Under the pieces are notes generated by a model. That model did no database searches. It worked only from the letters and a program-made list of their open reading frames with translations, and was not told the DNA's origin. Made by a program: the position numbers and the translations under genes. Positions 44,747 to 45,585 of a DNA stretch of 45,585 nucleotides are shown piece by piece; positions within the stretch are counted from its first letter, which is position 1; each line of letters begins with the position of its first letter. The stretch lies in IMG/VR virus record IMGVR_UViG_3300037424_001778, positions 1 through 45,585 of that record; one strand, 5' to 3'. The stretch comes from a virus.

Positions 44747-45250
44747 GTGGCACATCGAATCAGAATTCCGTTTTTGGTCAAGGCGCCTCATCTAGGGGCA
44801 GAGTGGCATTGGTCCAAAAACGGAAGTCTGTTGCCGGACGATATTTCGTTTGGGTCCGAACGCTCCGTCTGGTGGATATGCAAAGATGGCCATGAGTGGG
44901 AAGCGTCCCCAAACGACAGAACATCTATGAAATCGGGATGTGCGGCCTGTTTCCATCGACACTCAAAGGCGGAACTAGCGCTGTACGAACTCATCAAGGA
45001 AAGACACCCAGACGCTCTTAGTGGGCGAAGAGGGCTCTTGAACAATCCGCAGTTCGAGTTAGATGTATTTATGCCCTCCCCACGTAAGGCGGTTGAGTAT
45101 GACGGCAAGTATTGGCATAGCACTCCAGATGCAATCGATAGAGATGCTCGCAAAGACAGGGACTGTAGGGAGGCTGGGATACCCCTTATGCGTATTTCAA
45201 GTCCGTCTGAGTATTCCGCTGTTCTTGATTGGTTGGGCAACTGCCCATGA
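44747..45250 (+). CDS. Zn-ribbon plus Vsr/DUF559-like homing endonuclease
   Basis: EWHWSKNG..WWIC.DGHEW..ELDVFMP..AVEYDGKYWH. Confidence 0.8.
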   Translation: MAHRIRIPFLVKAPHLGAEWHWSKNGSLLPDDISFGSERSVWWICKDGHEWEASPNDRTSMKSGCAACFHRHSKAELALYELIKERHPDALSGRRGLLNNPQFELDVFMPSPRKAVEYDGKYWHSTPDAIDRDARKDRDCREAGIPLMRISSPSEYSAVLDWLGNCP

Positions 45251-45585
45251 CACCTCAGTACTTGCGCAATCTGAAGCTTCTCGCTGTCCACGCTGTGGCC
45301 GAGGAGCCTTCTGATTACACGTTGAGGAAAATAATGCGTTGGTACTCACACGAGTACCACACTCCCCTAGACGCTGTGGAGGATTTGCCCCTGGAGGACG
45401 TCCTCCAGCATTGGTTTGAGACCCATTACGAAGGATACGAAGATGGGGACCTTCAAGCGGAAATCGACCGTCTGCTGACTTCAGAGGACAAGCTTGCCGA
45501 AATGAGACGCCAAGAAGACGCTGAAGAAGCGGACCAGTGGGAGTTCGGCCGGGAAGCGTTGGCAGAAGAAGAGAAGAAGGCTACC
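45247..45585 (+). CDS. Probable second tail chaperone (partial, runs off window)
   Basis: ATGA overlap; open to the end: MTPQYLRNLKLL..IMRWYSHEYHTPL..LQHWFE. Confidence 0.6.
   Translation, partial: MTPQYLRNLKLLAVHAVAEEPSDYTLRKIMRWYSHEYHTPLDAVEDLPLEDVLQHWFETHYEGYEDGDLQAEIDRLLTSEDKLAEMRRQEDAEEADQWEFGREALAEEEKKAT

Overview
This window is part of a large contractile-tailed (myovirus-type, probably jumbo) dsDNA phage genome; the host cannot be determined from it. The + strand carries virion genes: a modular fibre/appendage cluster (2-15 kb), two large probable internal head proteins, neck/tail-completion candidates, tail sheath, tail tube, tail-chaperone candidates and a holin-like pair. Fifteen RTAATCT sites, read as a putative late promoter, precede or lie within + strand genes; seven are 7-8 nt from the ATG (leaderless). 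The late genes are interrupted by mostly antisense islands of small genes behind sigma70-like TTGAC-N17-TA promoters, again mostly leaderless. These islands include an Rnl2 RNA ligase, RNase HI, a DUF5664 nucleotide hydrolase, peptidases, wHTH proteins and a tRNA(CAT). Eight homing-endonuclease genes or relics from four nuclease families are present. The best candidate for a novel system is a pair of late proteins built from small domains separated by a repeated hydrophobic-X-K-[A/S/G/D/T] motif, as expected for prohead-protease-processed cargo polyproteins. One begins with an mCpol-like (cyclic-nucleotide-synthase family) domain with an altered active site. All family calls come from motif recognition by eye, not database searches.
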